Notes: a model not told the origin generated them from the letters alone. Positions 24,487-35,433 are shown, counted from the first letter of the stretch. The stretch is DNA of 53,077 bases from Poseidonia sp. (GCA_030827745.1 JAURDW010000004.1:1-53077), one strand, 5' to 3'. Numbers and translations: made by a program.

Positions 24487-25332
24487 ATGATTCAGAAGAT
24501 TGGCGTGATTGGCGCAGGACAAATGGGCAACGGCATCGCACAGGTTGCTGCCTGTGCGGGTTATGATGTTGTTATGATCGACATCAAGGACGAATACGTC
24601 GAAAAAGGCCTTGGAACCATTCAATTCTCGCTTGGCAAGCTTGTCTCCAAGGAGCGTATGTCGCAAGACGATGCCGACGCTGCCCTTGCCCGCATTGCAA
24701 CGGGCACGGACCGAAGCCTGTGCGCAGATTGCGACCTCGTGGTGGAAGCCGTACCCGAGATTCTCTCGCTCAAACAAGAGATTTTCTCCGAACTCGACGG
24801 GCTATGCAAACCAGAAACCATCCTTGCATCGAACACCTCCTCCATTTCCATCACGACGATTGCCGCCTCCACGAAGCGACCCGAGAAGGTCATCGGCATG
24901 CATTTCATGAACCCCGTTCCCATCATGAAACTCGTTGAAATTATCAACGGTGGCGAGACCAGCGAGGCGACAAACATCGCCGTGGTTAAAGCAGCCGAGA
25001 TGATGGGCAAGACCGCACTTTCGTGCAACGATGCCCCTGGCTTTGTCTCGAACCGCATCCTCTGCCCGATGATCAACGAGGCCATTCTCACGCTCCAAGA
25101 AGGCGTGGCCGAGCCCGAGGCCATCGACGGCATCATGAAACTGGGCATGAACCACCCCATCGGCCCGCTGGCGCTCTCCGATTTGATCGGCAACGATACC
25201 GTGCTCCACATCATGAACGTCCTCCATGAAGGCTTCGGAACGGAGAAGTACGCACCTGCTCCTCTGCTGGTTCAGATGGTCGAGGAAGGCAAACTCGGTC
25301 GAAAGTCCGGCGAAGGCTTCTACACCTACTGA
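24487..25332 (+). CDS. hbd: 3-hydroxybutyryl-CoA / 3-hydroxyacyl-CoA dehydrogenase
   Basis: [43 protein letters not shown]. Confidence 0.93.
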   Translation: MIQKIGVIGAGQMGNGIAQVAACAGYDVVMIDIKDEYVEKGLGTIQFSLGKLVSKERMSQDDADAALARIATGTDRSLCADCDLVVEAVPEILSLKQEIFSELDGLCKPETILASNTSSISITTIAASTKRPEKVIGMHFMNPVPIMKLVEIINGGETSEATNIAVVKAAEMMGKTALSCNDAPGFVSNRILCPMINEAILTLQEGVAEPEAIDGIMKLGMNHPIGPLALSDLIGNDTVLHIMNVLHEGFGTEKYAPAPLLVQMVEEGKLGRKSGEGFYTY

Positions 25333-25341
25333 GGTGGAAGT

Positions 25342-26097
25342 GTGGCTCAACTTGAAGGTCAAACCTATCTGGTAACGGGGGCTTCCCGCGGCATCGGAAA
25401 AGCCCTCTCGCTCAAACTTGCATCCGAAGGTGCAAGCGTCGTTCTGCTGGCACGGCAGAGCGCCGACCTTGAGGCTGCAGCATCTGAGGTGCAATCCCTT
25501 TCACCTCATTCGTACGCTCTGGCATGCGATTTGAGCGAAAGCGCATCCGTTGAACAAGCTGCAGCATCGGTTTGTGACAACCACGAAGCCGTCCACGGCC
25601 TTGTTCACAATGCCGGCGACATCCACCCCATCAAGTCCCTGCTCGCTGCGGACCCATCGCAGTGGCGACGCTCCCTCGCCGTCAACATCGTGGGTGTGCA
25701 GCACCTCACGCAAGCCTTAGCAAGCGTCATCACAAACGGGCACCGAGTCCGGATCACCACGATTTCCAGCGGTGCAGCCTTGCGCCCGCTACCGTCCTGG
25801 TCGGCTTACTGCACCGCCAAGGCGGCGCTTGACATGTGGACTCGCTGCATGGCGTTGGAAGGGGCTGAACACGGCATCAGCGCTGTTTCGGTTGCTCCGG
25901 GAATTGTCGATACGGGCATGCAAGACGCTATCCGGTCAGCATCCGAGGATGATTTTCCCCTTCGCAACACCTTCGTTGGCTACAAAGAGGACGGCCAATT
26001 GACTCATGCTGGCGATGTCGCAGACCAACTTTTTCAGCTCGTCACCGAACACACCATGAACGAATCAGGTCAGCGTTTTGACGTTCGGGATTTGTGA
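25342..26097 (+). CDS. Short-chain dehydrogenase/reductase (benzil/sepiapterin reductase-like)
   Basis: TGASRGIG, HNAG, ISSGAA, YCTAK, PGIVDTGMQ. Confidence 0.9.
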   Translation: MAQLEGQTYLVTGASRGIGKALSLKLASEGASVVLLARQSADLEAAASEVQSLSPHSYALACDLSESASVEQAAASVCDNHEAVHGLVHNAGDIHPIKSLLAADPSQWRRSLAVNIVGVQHLTQALASVITNGHRVRITTISSGAALRPLPSWSAYCTAKAALDMWTRCMALEGAEHGISAVSVAPGIVDTGMQDAIRSASEDDFPLRNTFVGYKEDGQLTHAGDVADQLFQLVTEHTMNESGQRFDVRDL

Positions 26098-26162
26098 TCT
26101 CCAAGCCTCAATCGCCCGAAGTGTGATAAGCCAACACTTTGAGGCGTTGGTGAGGGAGAACC

Positions 26163-26549
26163 ATGCCAGGCACCGACCGTGTAGAAATTCGAACTTTGAA
26201 AGTTGGACGATTTTGTGTTGTTGAAGACGAGGCCTACAAAATTTTGAGCATCTCAAAATCGAAGCCAGGAAAACACGGCTCCGCCAAAGCTCGCCTTGAA
26301 CTCATCAACATTTTCAGCGACAAGAAAATCTCGCACGTCGGCACGGTAACCGACAGCATCAACGTCCCCATGATCGAAAAGGGAACAGCCATGGTGACCC
26401 ACATTGAGGGCAACGAGGTTCACGCCATGAACATGCGCGATCACTCGATGATGATTCTCCCCATGGAGGCTGAGTTGAACATCGAAGCCGGCAAGGAGAT
26501 CATGTGGATGGAAGCGCTTGGTCGGTACAAGATTATTCGCGACCATTGA
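26163..26549 (+). CDS. eif5a: Translation factor aIF5A
   Basis: SKPGKHGSAK hypusination motif. Confidence 0.96.
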   Translation: MPGTDRVEIRTLKVGRFCVVEDEAYKILSISKSKPGKHGSAKARLELINIFSDKKISHVGTVTDSINVPMIEKGTAMVTHIEGNEVHAMNMRDHSMMILPMEAELNIEAGKEIMWMEALGRYKIIRDH

Positions 26550-26605
26550 TGGTGGCACCCCCATCGCACCGTTTCGCCTCGCTTCTCCCGGTGTGGCGGG
26601 TATGT

Positions 26606-26614
26606 CTTCATAAG
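26606..26614 (+). promoter_or_regulatory. TATA-like box CTTCATAAG, 22 nt upstream of the MFS start
   Basis: Similar motif at the same spacing before several other genes. Confidence 0.55.
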
Positions 26615-26636
26615 GCGAGTGAGCACTCCCTGCGTC

Positions 26637-28421
26637 ATGGAAGCCGCTGAAGTTGAACAGAGCAAAGACCTACGCGTTCGGGGGTACTGCGCTTACGATT
26701 GGGGAAAAAGTGCGTTTGAAACCTCCGTTACCACCGCCATTTTTCCTGCATGGTTTGCTTATTTGTTCGCCGAGGCGAACGGTATCTCAGGAGAATTCCT
26801 CGGTCGAGAATGGACCGCCGATGCGACCTTTTCCTTTGCCGTGATGGTTGGTGCCCTCCTCGTTGCCATTTGTGCACCTTCGCTCGGCGTGATTGCTGAC
26901 AGAAGAATGATCAAAATTTGGTGGCTCAGAATCCTCACCCTGGTGGGCTCCATCTCGTGTATCTTGCTCGCCCTTTCCCCTTACCTCGGCGTTACCTTCG
27001 GATGGATTTGGGCCATGGTGATGTTCATGCTGGCCAACGTTGGGCTCAACGGTGCTGGTGTGTTTTACAACGCTCTTCTGCCTCATATGGGCGACGAATC
27101 TGAAATGGATTCCATTTCAAACAAAGCCTTTGCAGCCGGCTACCTCGGCGGTGGGCTTCTTCTCGTCGTTCACCTTGGCATGGTGTTAACGCTCGAGGGG
27201 ACATGGGTCATTCCGTTTGCCATGGCCACATCGGGTTTGTGGTGGCTCGGTTTTGCCCAAATGACCTTCAAGATGGTTCCTGAGCCTCACATCGAGAACG
27301 AAATGGACCCCATGGGGATTGTGCCTTCCACGAAAATGGCACTCGGTGAGGTCAAAGCAACGCTCACTGACATCAAAAGTTTTCGAACGTTGTTCCTTTA
27401 CATGGTGGCCTACTTTTGTTTCATCGACGGCATCAACTCCGTGACCGCTCTTGCCGGTGTCTTCGGCATTGTCGTGCTCGGCTTGACGACCACAGGACTG
27501 ATTCTCACCATCCTCATCATTCAATTCGTTGCCGCCCCTGCCGCCATTGGTTTCACCAAACTCGCCGAAAAGTGGGGGACCAAAAAAGCGCTGCAATTCT
27601 CGCTGGTCTGCTGGTGCTTTGTCATCGTCGGCGCCCTCTCCTTCGCCCCCCTCGAACTTGAGAACCACGACGAGTACGACATTCAGTACTCATGGGATGA
27701 AGAACAAATGACCTACATCGTGACGGCCCGTGAAGGTGTGAACAACCTTGCCGCCCTGCCGGGGGACACTGAGCAGGATTGGGCGAAAGAGAACATGGAC
27801 CTGCTCCCCGTGCAAAAAAACGAAGCCTACAAGCAAGGGTTTGCCGTTGCCTGGGCGTTCGATGACGATGGAAAAGCCATTGGGAGATCCGTGAATCTCT
27901 CCAACGAAACCCTCGCTTCGCTTTCCGAATCCATGTTGGAATCTCGGTTTTCCTACAGCGTTCAGGGCGGGTCCTTGGACAGCATCATCGGTCTTGGTGA
28001 GAATCACCCCACCAGCCTAGGTGACGGAAAATTGGATTTTATTCCGATGACGGCCCGGGACTTGGTGTGGGGTCCGTTGCAGATGTCGGTTTTCTTCCAA
28101 TTCTTGCTCCTCGGCGTCTTTGGAGGGGCCCTTCTCGGTGGCTCTCAAGGACTTGCCCGCTCCATGTTCGGTCAAATGGTTCCAGAAACACGTTCTGCTG
28201 AATTCTTTGGCTTCTTTGGCTTCTTTGGGAAGGTTGCCGCTCTCCTTGGCCCGTTGATTTACTCGGTCATGACCGTTTGGTTTGATTCCCGAGTGGGAAT
28301 TTTTGCCATCTCGTTGCTCATTGTTGCGGGGGCGATCTTGTTGCGAAAGGTCGATGTCGACGACGGCATCGCTGTCGCACGTGCTGAAGATGCCCGCAAC
28401 CGCGCCGTTGAAACTGCTTAA
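26637..28421 (+). CDS. MFS transporter (UMF1/ATG22-like) with a large soluble insertion
   Basis: YDWGKSAF, LGVIADRR, FYNALL, GYLGGG, SQGLARSMF, EFFGFF; start 26637 lies 22 nt after CTTCATAAG. Confidence 0.88.
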   Translation: MEAAEVEQSKDLRVRGYCAYDWGKSAFETSVTTAIFPAWFAYLFAEANGISGEFLGREWTADATFSFAVMVGALLVAICAPSLGVIADRRMIKIWWLRILTLVGSISCILLALSPYLGVTFGWIWAMVMFMLANVGLNGAGVFYNALLPHMGDESEMDSISNKAFAAGYLGGGLLLVVHLGMVLTLEGTWVIPFAMATSGLWWLGFAQMTFKMVPEPHIENEMDPMGIVPSTKMALGEVKATLTDIKSFRTLFLYMVAYFCFIDGINSVTALAGVFGIVVLGLTTTGLILTILIIQFVAAPAAIGFTKLAEKWGTKKALQFSLVCWCFVIVGALSFAPLELENHDEYDIQYSWDEEQMTYIVTAREGVNNLAALPGDTEQDWAKENMDLLPVQKNEAYKQGFAVAWAFDDDGKAIGRSVNLSNETLASLSESMLESRFSYSVQGGSLDSIIGLGENHPTSLGDGKLDFIPMTARDLVWGPLQMSVFFQFLLLGVFGGALLGGSQGLARSMFGQMVPETRSAEFFGFFGFFGKVAALLGPLIYSVMTVWFDSRVGIFAISLLIVAGAILLRKVDVDDGIAVARAEDARNRAVETA

Positions 28422-28511
28422 GTCCGCCTCGTGAACGAGCCGAATCATCGCAACGGTCATGAAGTGCCGCTTCAACCCCCAAACAGACGCTGACGCGTCG
28501 CGGTGGTTGAA

Positions 28512-30893
28512 ATGGCGAACAGTCCTGACTCCAATGAGAAAACCGTGACGAAATCGGCTTACCGTCAGCCCGTAACTCCCGAGGGCCTCAAGGCCATTGA
28601 AGCCGGGACGTTGACCTGGCTCGACGACGAGATGTACAACAACCTCAACACGGGGGTTTTGGAGCAGTATTTGGAGGAGAAGAACCTCAACGAATCCTTT
28701 GAGGTGTCGCATTGGAACACTCCCAAGGTGCTCATCGGGATTGGAATCGGAGCTGTTTTTTCCGGTGTCACCGCTTACATCGGTCTCAAACTCGGTTTGG
28801 CCATATCTGCCGCCTGGTACATTGCTTACCTTTTGGGAATGGCGTTGAAGTGGTCACCCTCTGAAGTGAACATCGCCACTTCGGCGACGACCGGTGCAAC
28901 CCACGCCTCCACCGGTTTCATCTTCACCTTCCCAGCTATTTTCCTTCTGGCCAGCCAACCTGCCTATGCTCTGGCGGACGGTCCGTTGGTCACGTTGGAA
29001 GACGGGGAAGCGTTCACGCTCGCCTTCATCGGCATCGTGGCCTCCATGTTCGCTGGATTTTTGGGCGTGATGTACTTCATCATCTTCCGAAGGGTTTGGC
29101 TGGTGGAGGACCCCCTCCCGCTCCCTGGATTTGAAGCAACGCTGAAGATGCTTGACATCTCTTCCGATGTCAGCACCGGTGCGGTGGAACACGCCCGAGA
29201 TTCGTTGAAGACCATCGGTGTATGGACGGTGTTGACCATGGTTGGTTTGTTCCTTGTTGAATACCCGCTGATTTGGTTGAACGACCGAAAAATCGCCCTT
29301 CTTGATTACATCGCAGAAACCGTACATTACGGCGACATCGGCCTTGCGAGTTTCTACTCACAAGGAAAAATTCACCAACCCTCTGGAACTGTTGACGGTA
29401 TTTCACTGAAACAAACACATTGGTCTGAAGAGTCCGCTTGGAACCCCTTTGCCTACACCTACGTCGGGGTGGCATTGACACCTTCGATGTTCGCGATTGG
29501 TTGGTTCATGAAAACTCGAGTTGCTTTTTTGGTCAACCTCGGGACCATCGTGGGCTGGTTCTTCCTCGTCCCTCTGGCGGTCTTCATGAACGTCCCCATC
29601 TACGATGCAACGCAGCAAGCTAACATTCCCATCCAAGATTATGCCAGCGGTGGGTCCGCCCCGTTGCAGATGATCGCCTTCGCCAAGACCATCCGGACGA
29701 TTGCTATCGGTGCCATCGTCGGGGGCGGGATGTTCGGTTTGGCCAAGATGTGGCGAACCTTCGCCAACATTTTCTCCGATATTGGCTCGGCCTTCAAGGG
29801 CGACGGCAGCCAAGAATACATGGAAGGAAAAGGGTGGTATGAATGGCCACTCAAGCACATCCCCATCTTCATGGGCGTGACCTTCTTCGCCATGATTCTC
29901 ATTTTCAGCATCGGTGGGTTCTCACCTCTCGCTGCGTTGGTCTTCGCCCTTGTGTTGATTCTCACGACGTTTATGCTTGGGGCCATCGCTGTTCGGGTGA
30001 TGGGTGAAACCGGTATTGAACCCGTATCTGGGACCTCCTTCATCGTCCTGCTTATGCTCCTCGGGGTGTTCCTCAACGCCCAAGAACTCCTTGACCTCTC
30101 CACCCAAGATGCTGTTTTGCTCGGTTTGGTTGGAACAACCGTCTTTGGTTCTGCCATCTCGATGTCGGGAACTGTGATTGGCGATTACAAAAACAGCCTT
30201 TACATCGGCAACCGCCCCTATCACATCTCCAAGGGCAACATCATGGGGGTCGTCCCCGGCGCCATCATCGGCGCCGGTGTCGCCATCTTCCTCTCCATTC
30301 AACTCGCAGAGGGCCGGATTCAACTTATCGCTCCCCAGGCCAACGCCTTTGCCACGTTTTCCGTGATTTTTGCCGAGGGGCAAGGCGACCTGACGTTGCT
30401 CGCTTTGGGCTTCCTCTTGGGCATGTTCGTTGAATGGGCTACCGGTATGGGCACCTCCTTTGGCTTGGGGATGTACCTGGATGTTCCACACACCCTTCCC
30501 ATGCTCATTGGCGGCGTTGCCCGAGATCGCTGGGAAGACAAGAAGTTGCAACCTCGTATTGACGCACTGAAGGAAAGCGAAGGGACGACGGTGGCGGAAA
30601 AACAACGAGCGCTTATCCTGCTCAGCACCTTCATGGTCGCCGCAGGCTTGCTCACTGGCGAGGCGTTCTTTGGCACCGAATCGAGCATCTTATCGTTCAT
30701 TGATTCAATTTGGTACGACGACACGGGTGCAGGTCGTACCGTGATGGGCGTTGAAAACTTCCCTGATTCAAAGGCATGGTACGGCATTCGCATGGCGGGG
30801 CTGATTTTCATCAACGTCGCCGTCGGTGGTGCCATTTACTACCTCTTCAAGCGGGCCGGCGTGATTGGCGGTGAAGCCTCCACCAAGGCTTGA
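28512..30893 (+). CDS. OPT-family oligopeptide transporter
   Basis: YIGLKLG, GFIFTFPA, GETGIEPVSG, APQANAF, FGLGMYL, AAGLLTGEA. Confidence 0.9.
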   Translation: MANSPDSNEKTVTKSAYRQPVTPEGLKAIEAGTLTWLDDEMYNNLNTGVLEQYLEEKNLNESFEVSHWNTPKVLIGIGIGAVFSGVTAYIGLKLGLAISAAWYIAYLLGMALKWSPSEVNIATSATTGATHASTGFIFTFPAIFLLASQPAYALADGPLVTLEDGEAFTLAFIGIVASMFAGFLGVMYFIIFRRVWLVEDPLPLPGFEATLKMLDISSDVSTGAVEHARDSLKTIGVWTVLTMVGLFLVEYPLIWLNDRKIALLDYIAETVHYGDIGLASFYSQGKIHQPSGTVDGISLKQTHWSEESAWNPFAYTYVGVALTPSMFAIGWFMKTRVAFLVNLGTIVGWFFLVPLAVFMNVPIYDATQQANIPIQDYASGGSAPLQMIAFAKTIRTIAIGAIVGGGMFGLAKMWRTFANIFSDIGSAFKGDGSQEYMEGKGWYEWPLKHIPIFMGVTFFAMILIFSIGGFSPLAALVFALVLILTTFMLGAIAVRVMGETGIEPVSGTSFIVLLMLLGVFLNAQELLDLSTQDAVLLGLVGTTVFGSAISMSGTVIGDYKNSLYIGNRPYHISKGNIMGVVPGAIIGAGVAIFLSIQLAEGRIQLIAPQANAFATFSVIFAEGQGDLTLLALGFLLGMFVEWATGMGTSFGLGMYLDVPHTLPMLIGGVARDRWEDKKLQPRIDALKESEGTTVAEKQRALILLSTFMVAAGLLTGEAFFGTESSILSFIDSIWYDDTGAGRTVMGVENFPDSKAWYGIRMAGLIFINVAVGGAIYYLFKRAGVIGGEASTKA

Positions 30894-31885
30894 GCGTGGC
30901 ACGAATGACGTCTGCCCCTCCACCACGATGGGTTTGGGGTTTGCTTGCGGCGGCCGTTTTGGGTGTTTCCAGCGCTGGGGCACTGTTTCAGCACGTTGAC
31001 TCTGTGCCTCCATTGTTGCGGGCATCGTGGCGTTTACAATTGACCTCGCTTGTCCTCTTGCCGTTTTTTCTTCGCCAATGGTCCACCACGGACGAAGCCA
31101 CGAAGCACGGCTATTTCGAACGACGAACTTGGGGCTTGCTCTTAGCCAGCGGCCTCGCTCTTGCAGCTCATTTCGGGACATGGGTCGCCAGCCTTGACCT
31201 CACGACGCTGACGCACTCGTTGCTCTTCGTGACAGCCCATCCGCTTGTGATTGTCGTGGGCATGGCGTTTTTTGCACCCCTCGTCGCCCGTGTACGTTCA
31301 CCGCATCGTTTGGAAGCCATCGGTGCGCTCGTTTGCTTCGCAGGCGCAGGCATGACGTTGCTGGATGCGGGCTCGGCCCAAGGAGACCAGAACGTCACGC
31401 TCCTCGGTGACGCCTTGGCCTTTAGCGGAGCGGTTTTTGTGGTCGGTTACATTGTGGTGGGACGGGTTCTTCGTACTTGGATGCCCATCTTTCTCTACGC
31501 CTTTCCCGTGACGCTCATCGCTTCCGTCGTGTTGATTCCCGCATCGGTGGTGATGGAACCCGAATTCGCTGGTTTCGGGGCCTTTGGATGGACCGAACCG
31601 ATGTACTTTGGTTGGTTTCTTTTGTTGGCTTGCGTGGCGGGTTTGCTCGGCCATACCGGCCTCAACACCTGTTTGCGTTACATCTCTCCCCTCGTGGTTT
31701 CCGTTGCGGTGACCCTCGAACCTCTGCTTGGGTCGCTCATTGGATGGTTCTTCTTTGATGCTGGAGTACCCGGTGCGTGGACTTGGGCAGGGGGAGCCGT
31801 CTTGATGGCGGGGCTCATCACGGTGGTGGTGGCTTCGGAACGGACGGCGTTAATCGAAGCGAACAATGAAAGCACAACGGCTTGA
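30890..31885 (+). CDS. DMT/EamA-family transporter
   Basis: About 10 TM in two repeats; LAAHFGTW.ASL, GDALA, GHTGLN, EPLLG; start uncertain. Confidence 0.88.
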   Translation: MSVARMTSAPPPRWVWGLLAAAVLGVSSAGALFQHVDSVPPLLRASWRLQLTSLVLLPFFLRQWSTTDEATKHGYFERRTWGLLLASGLALAAHFGTWVASLDLTTLTHSLLFVTAHPLVIVVGMAFFAPLVARVRSPHRLEAIGALVCFAGAGMTLLDAGSAQGDQNVTLLGDALAFSGAVFVVGYIVVGRVLRTWMPIFLYAFPVTLIASVVLIPASVVMEPEFAGFGAFGWTEPMYFGWFLLLACVAGLLGHTGLNTCLRYISPLVVSVAVTLEPLLGSLIGWFFFDAGVPGAWTWAGGAVLMAGLITVVVASERTALIEANNESTTA

Positions 31886-31903
31886 GCCCGTATCGGTGAA
31901 CCC

Positions 31904-32890
31904 ATGACGAAGCGACGTGGATGGCTGCTCCTGACCAACGATGACGGCATTGAAGCCGTTGGTTTTCGCTTGCTGGTACAAGCTTTGCACAAAGCAGGGT
32001 TTCCGTTGGCAGTGCTTGCACCGAGTTCGAACCACTCCGCAACCGGAATGCGTATCAATCTGATGAAACCCATGACGTTTCGTTCCCGCGTGGACTTGGT
32101 AAACGATTGGGGACTTGACCCACATGCTTGCCCCGTTCACCTTTACGAATTGGACGGCACGCCTTGCGACACGATGATCGTCGCTCTTGATGGAGGATTG
32201 CAACGCTTGGTCCCGGGCGCGGTCCCCCAAATGGTCGTCTCGGGGATCAATCTCGGCCCCAACCTTTCGCAAGACGCCTACCACAGCGGGACCATGGGGG
32301 CGGCTCGCGAGGCCGGCCTGTACGGTGTTCCCGCATTGGCGTCCTCGTTCACGATGTTTGACCCTGAAGGCATGGAAACTGCCGTTGATGCAACGGTGAA
32401 AGCGGTCGAGATGATTTGCAAGCGATTACCTGCGGTTGCAGCCAACCTTGGTCGACCTCACGGCAAGATGGATACGGGATACTTCACGGCGTGGCCAACC
32501 CCCAACAACGATGCCCAGTGGCTCAAAAACCCGGAACAAGCCCTCTTTGAGGCGTTCTCAAACGGGGACCTCATGCTGAACCTCAACACGCCCCCTCATT
32601 GGAACGGTGCTTGGGCCTGCACCCGCCTTGGTGTGCGGTGGTACCGCAACGCCGTGCGGTTTGAAGGGGTTGGCGAATCGGAAACGGCCACCTTTACCAT
32701 CGGGGCTGCATCCGTCGACCATTCACCCGTCCTTTTGGGCGATTGCGATGCAGTCGAAGAAGGAAAAGCGAGCCTCTCCCCGCTTTCGGTTTGGCCTCAA
32801 AGTCATCCCTTCGCTCTTGACGAAGATTTGTTGGCTCACGGCTTGGAACACACGGTGGATGGATGGCCTGCATGGCTCATCCAAGGTTGA
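31904..32890 (+). CDS. surE: 5'/3'-nucleotidase SurE
   Basis: LLTNDDG, DGTPCD, SGINLGPN, HSGTMGAAREA. Confidence 0.93.
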   Translation: MTKRRGWLLLTNDDGIEAVGFRLLVQALHKAGFPLAVLAPSSNHSATGMRINLMKPMTFRSRVDLVNDWGLDPHACPVHLYELDGTPCDTMIVALDGGLQRLVPGAVPQMVVSGINLGPNLSQDAYHSGTMGAAREAGLYGVPALASSFTMFDPEGMETAVDATVKAVEMICKRLPAVAANLGRPHGKMDTGYFTAWPTPNNDAQWLKNPEQALFEAFSNGDLMLNLNTPPHWNGAWACTRLGVRWYRNAVRFEGVGESETATFTIGAASVDHSPVLLGDCDAVEEGKASLSPLSVWPQSHPFALDEDLLAHGLEHTVDGWPAWLIQG

Positions 32891-33500
32891 GTTCAACCCC
32901 TTCGTCGAGAAGAAAGTGAACCACGCCAACGGCCATGTGGCCTTGGAGCCAAAGGTGACCAAGCGACCGTTTGAGGCCAACCTCAGCAAACGTGGGCTCC
33001 AAAGGCAGGTCATCGCTGAGAACAAAGGTGAGGTCAAAATCGTGGGGTGAACCGTTGGTGGGCAGAATCGCCTTGTCCGACCATAGACGAGGTGCATCGG
33101 CATCCAGCACGACCGTCGTGGTGCCGGACCATTCGCGAAGCGTGGTGCTTAGGTCGCCCCCGCTGTGACTCAACCCTGGCGACACCTCGTCCCAGCGCCC
33201 AATAGGTGGTAGGTGAAGGGCGGTGATTTTTCCGATGGTGCCTGCTATAGAGCGCTCTTCTGCGTGGATTCCTCTCAGCGAAGCGCCGTCAAATTGTATT
33301 CTGCGTGGCGGGCCGGGCCCTCCCATCAAATGCAAGACCACGATGGTATCGTTTCGCAAACCATGGCTCGTCAGCAGCCCGGCCATGGTGGCCCGAATGA
33401 GAACGTCCATGCGTCCTGCGCCGCCCGCCAAGTCGTTGAGAGGAAGTTTGCCTTTTGCCATGGCCCGATGGCCGACGACGGCAAAACGGCGCATTTTCAC
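32877..33500 (-). CDS. trmY: tRNA (pseudouridine54-N1)-methyltransferase (SPOUT)
   Basis: MRRFAVVGH, LNDLAGGAGRMDVL.R, SHGLR, ERS, FVLSD, SLG..WL.GH. Confidence 0.9.
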   Translation of the reverse strand: MKMRRFAVVGHRAMAKGKLPLNDLAGGAGRMDVLIRATMAGLLTSHGLRNDTIVVLHLMGGPGPPRRIQFDGASLRGIHAEERSIAGTIGKITALHLPPIGRWDEVSPGLSHSGGDLSTTLREWSGTTTVVLDADAPRLWSDKAILPTNGSPHDFDLTFVLSDDLPLEPTFAEVGLKRSLGHLWLQGHMAVGVVHFLLDEGVELNLG

Positions 33501-34699
33501 ACCTCCGGTCCTCGTTCAACCAAGGTTTGAACGGCCACGCAAAGGTCGTCTTCGGTCTCCAAGACGAAGTGAGCGCCTTGCTGGTCGACCAAATATCCGC
33601 GAGGTTTGTCAGTTCGGTTCAGGTCTTCAAGCCGATTGGCCACCACGGCGGTCATGCCCGCCCGTTGAATTTGAGCGACGGCTCGATGGATCAAGTCCGC
33701 CTGCTTGATGCCCGATTCGAGTTTGAAACCGATGCGAACGGCTCCTTTGCAAGCGTTTTGGAGTTCAACGATGTGCTTTGGACTTTCCACCAAAGGGACC
33801 GTGAGGGGCCCTTGTTCGCTTGCAAGCTTGCCCTCTGCCGGTTTTTCAACAACGTAATCCAGCACCGCAGCGGCGTGAATCCACGCATCGATGGCGTCGT
33901 TGGCCAAGGCCTTGCATTCGCTCAACATCCTTTCGGGGGTTGGTGTGTGCAAGACGAGTGGAAGCCATACGGGTGGAAGTGCAGAGGTGATGCCAGCGAC
34001 ACAGGTGACGTCATGGCCGTGCTTGTACAGATGCGTTGCAAGGCGCCACCCGGTGGCTCCTGAACTGGTGTTCTGAACATGTCGAATATCGTCAATTGAA
34101 GAGCGCGTGGCTCCGAGGGTGACCACGACAGAGCGGCGCTTCGCCAAAGAGGCGTTCACGGCGTGGGCGAATCGGGCCACGATTTCCTCGGTTGTGGGTG
34201 TCTTTCGTTTCCCTTCTTCAAGGGGCCCCCAATGCACCGAAGCCCCCGATTTTTGGAGAGATTCAACGATGTCATCGGTGACCGGGTCCGAGGCCAAGTC
34301 TTCGTGCATGCTCGGCACAAACATTGCGGTGGTGCCTCGAGAACGGGCGACGGAGAGGGCCATCATCAGGGGGCCGTGTTGGAGGCCGTGGAGGTGGCTC
34401 GCCATGACGTCACGCGTGGCTGGGGCAACCAAGACTCCATCTGCTCGGTTCAAGGCGTTCAAGTCGCCGTCCCAGTCGGTGATGACCTCGGCTTGGGAGG
34501 CCCACCGCACAGCGAGGGGTGTGATGATGCGCTGGGCAGAGGGCGTCATGATCACCGTGAGTTCTGCGCCTTCTCGCCGCAGTGCGCGAGCAAGGCGAAC
34601 GGTTTCGACCGCAGCAATACCACCGGTGACGCCCAACACCACGGCCTTTCCTTCCAGGGCCGAACCTGTCCGGACGACATCGGTGTCGCGAAGCGCCAT
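33497..34699 (-). CDS. coaBC: Bifunctional phosphopantothenoylcysteine decarboxylase/synthetase
   Basis: GVTGGIAA, APAT, PSMH, EEGK, GAT...DDIRHV.N.SSG, AAAVLDY, GFKLE, VVAN; start at the internal Met 34699. Confidence 0.92.
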   Translation of the reverse strand: MALRDTDVVRTGSALEGKAVVLGVTGGIAAVETVRLARALRREGAELTVIMTPSAQRIITPLAVRWASQAEVITDWDGDLNALNRADGVLVAPATRDVMASHLHGLQHGPLMMALSVARSRGTTAMFVPSMHEDLASDPVTDDIVESLQKSGASVHWGPLEEGKRKTPTTEEIVARFAHAVNASLAKRRSVVVTLGATRSSIDDIRHVQNTSSGATGWRLATHLYKHGHDVTCVAGITSALPPVWLPLVLHTPTPERMLSECKALANDAIDAWIHAAAVLDYVVEKPAEGKLASEQGPLTVPLVESPKHIVELQNACKGAVRIGFKLESGIKQADLIHRAVAQIQRAGMTAVVANRLEDLNRTDKPRGYLVDQQGAHFVLETEDDLCVAVQTLVERGPEV

Positions 34700-34815
34700 G
34701 CATCGCCCACGCGCCTTTCTGTCAAGACATCTTCGCTTCTCCCTTGCAGGGAAGACCAATGGTTCAAAAGCGAGGCCCCGTAGCCAAAACCGTGTCTCAA
34801 GGCCGAGCAGAAGAG

Positions 34816-35433
34816 ATGGTGATGGCGGGTTCGGCACCCTCCGCCTCTTACGCCGGTGACCCCATCGCTCACGTTCATCGAGGAACCGGTTTTGTTGTGC
34901 TCGTGGATGCGGGTATCGTCGTTTATCTCACCTACACCACCTTGGGTGCGCTTGGGTTCTTCCCATCTTCAGCCGCCGCCAACGGGTTTCTCGTCGTCGC
35001 CTTGGTCTTGGCTTATTCGGTGTATGCTGGCTATCGAAGCCGTCGCTCATGGGCGTATTGGCCCGCTGTTGGGGTTTTGTTTGCGGCCAGCATCATGTTT
35101 GCCTTTCTTGCCTTCCTTAACCTGCTTCAATCCCTCATGTCGGGGGAATTCATCCTTTTGGTGTTCACTTTCTTGATGGGGTGGGCCGCCTTAGGTTCGG
35201 GCCGCCGTGCTGTTTTCCATTGGCACCCTGTGTACCGGTCTGGCTATCACAACACGAATCCGCTGACAACGTTTGACCTCCAAGACGGTGAAATGTTGGC
35301 GGCCTGCCCCTCTTGCCTTGCGGTTTTGGCCATTCGTCCGGCGATGTTGGGTCAGGCCGACAAATGCCCGCACTGCGGCAACGGTTTGGTGAGTAAAGAA
35401 CTCCTTGCCCGCCACGGCGGGGAAGAAGAATGA
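34816..35433 (+). CDS. 4-TM membrane protein with C-terminal zinc ribbon
   Basis: Four hydrophobic segments; CPSC...CPHC. Confidence 0.78.
   Translation: MVMAGSAPSASYAGDPIAHVHRGTGFVVLVDAGIVVYLTYTTLGALGFFPSSAAANGFLVVALVLAYSVYAGYRSRRSWAYWPAVGVLFAASIMFAFLAFLNLLQSLMSGEFILLVFTFLMGWAALGSGRRAVFHWHPVYRSGYHNTNPLTTFDLQDGEMLAACPSCLAVLAIRPAMLGQADKCPHCGNGLVSKELLARHGGEEE

Noticed and set aside
33497-34837. N-terminal extensions in the ORF track (coaBC, tusA-like, HEAT, CARDB, rfcL)
   Set aside because: The extensions overlap neighbours or promoter-like boxes and are not protein-like; downstream Mets fit the family starts.
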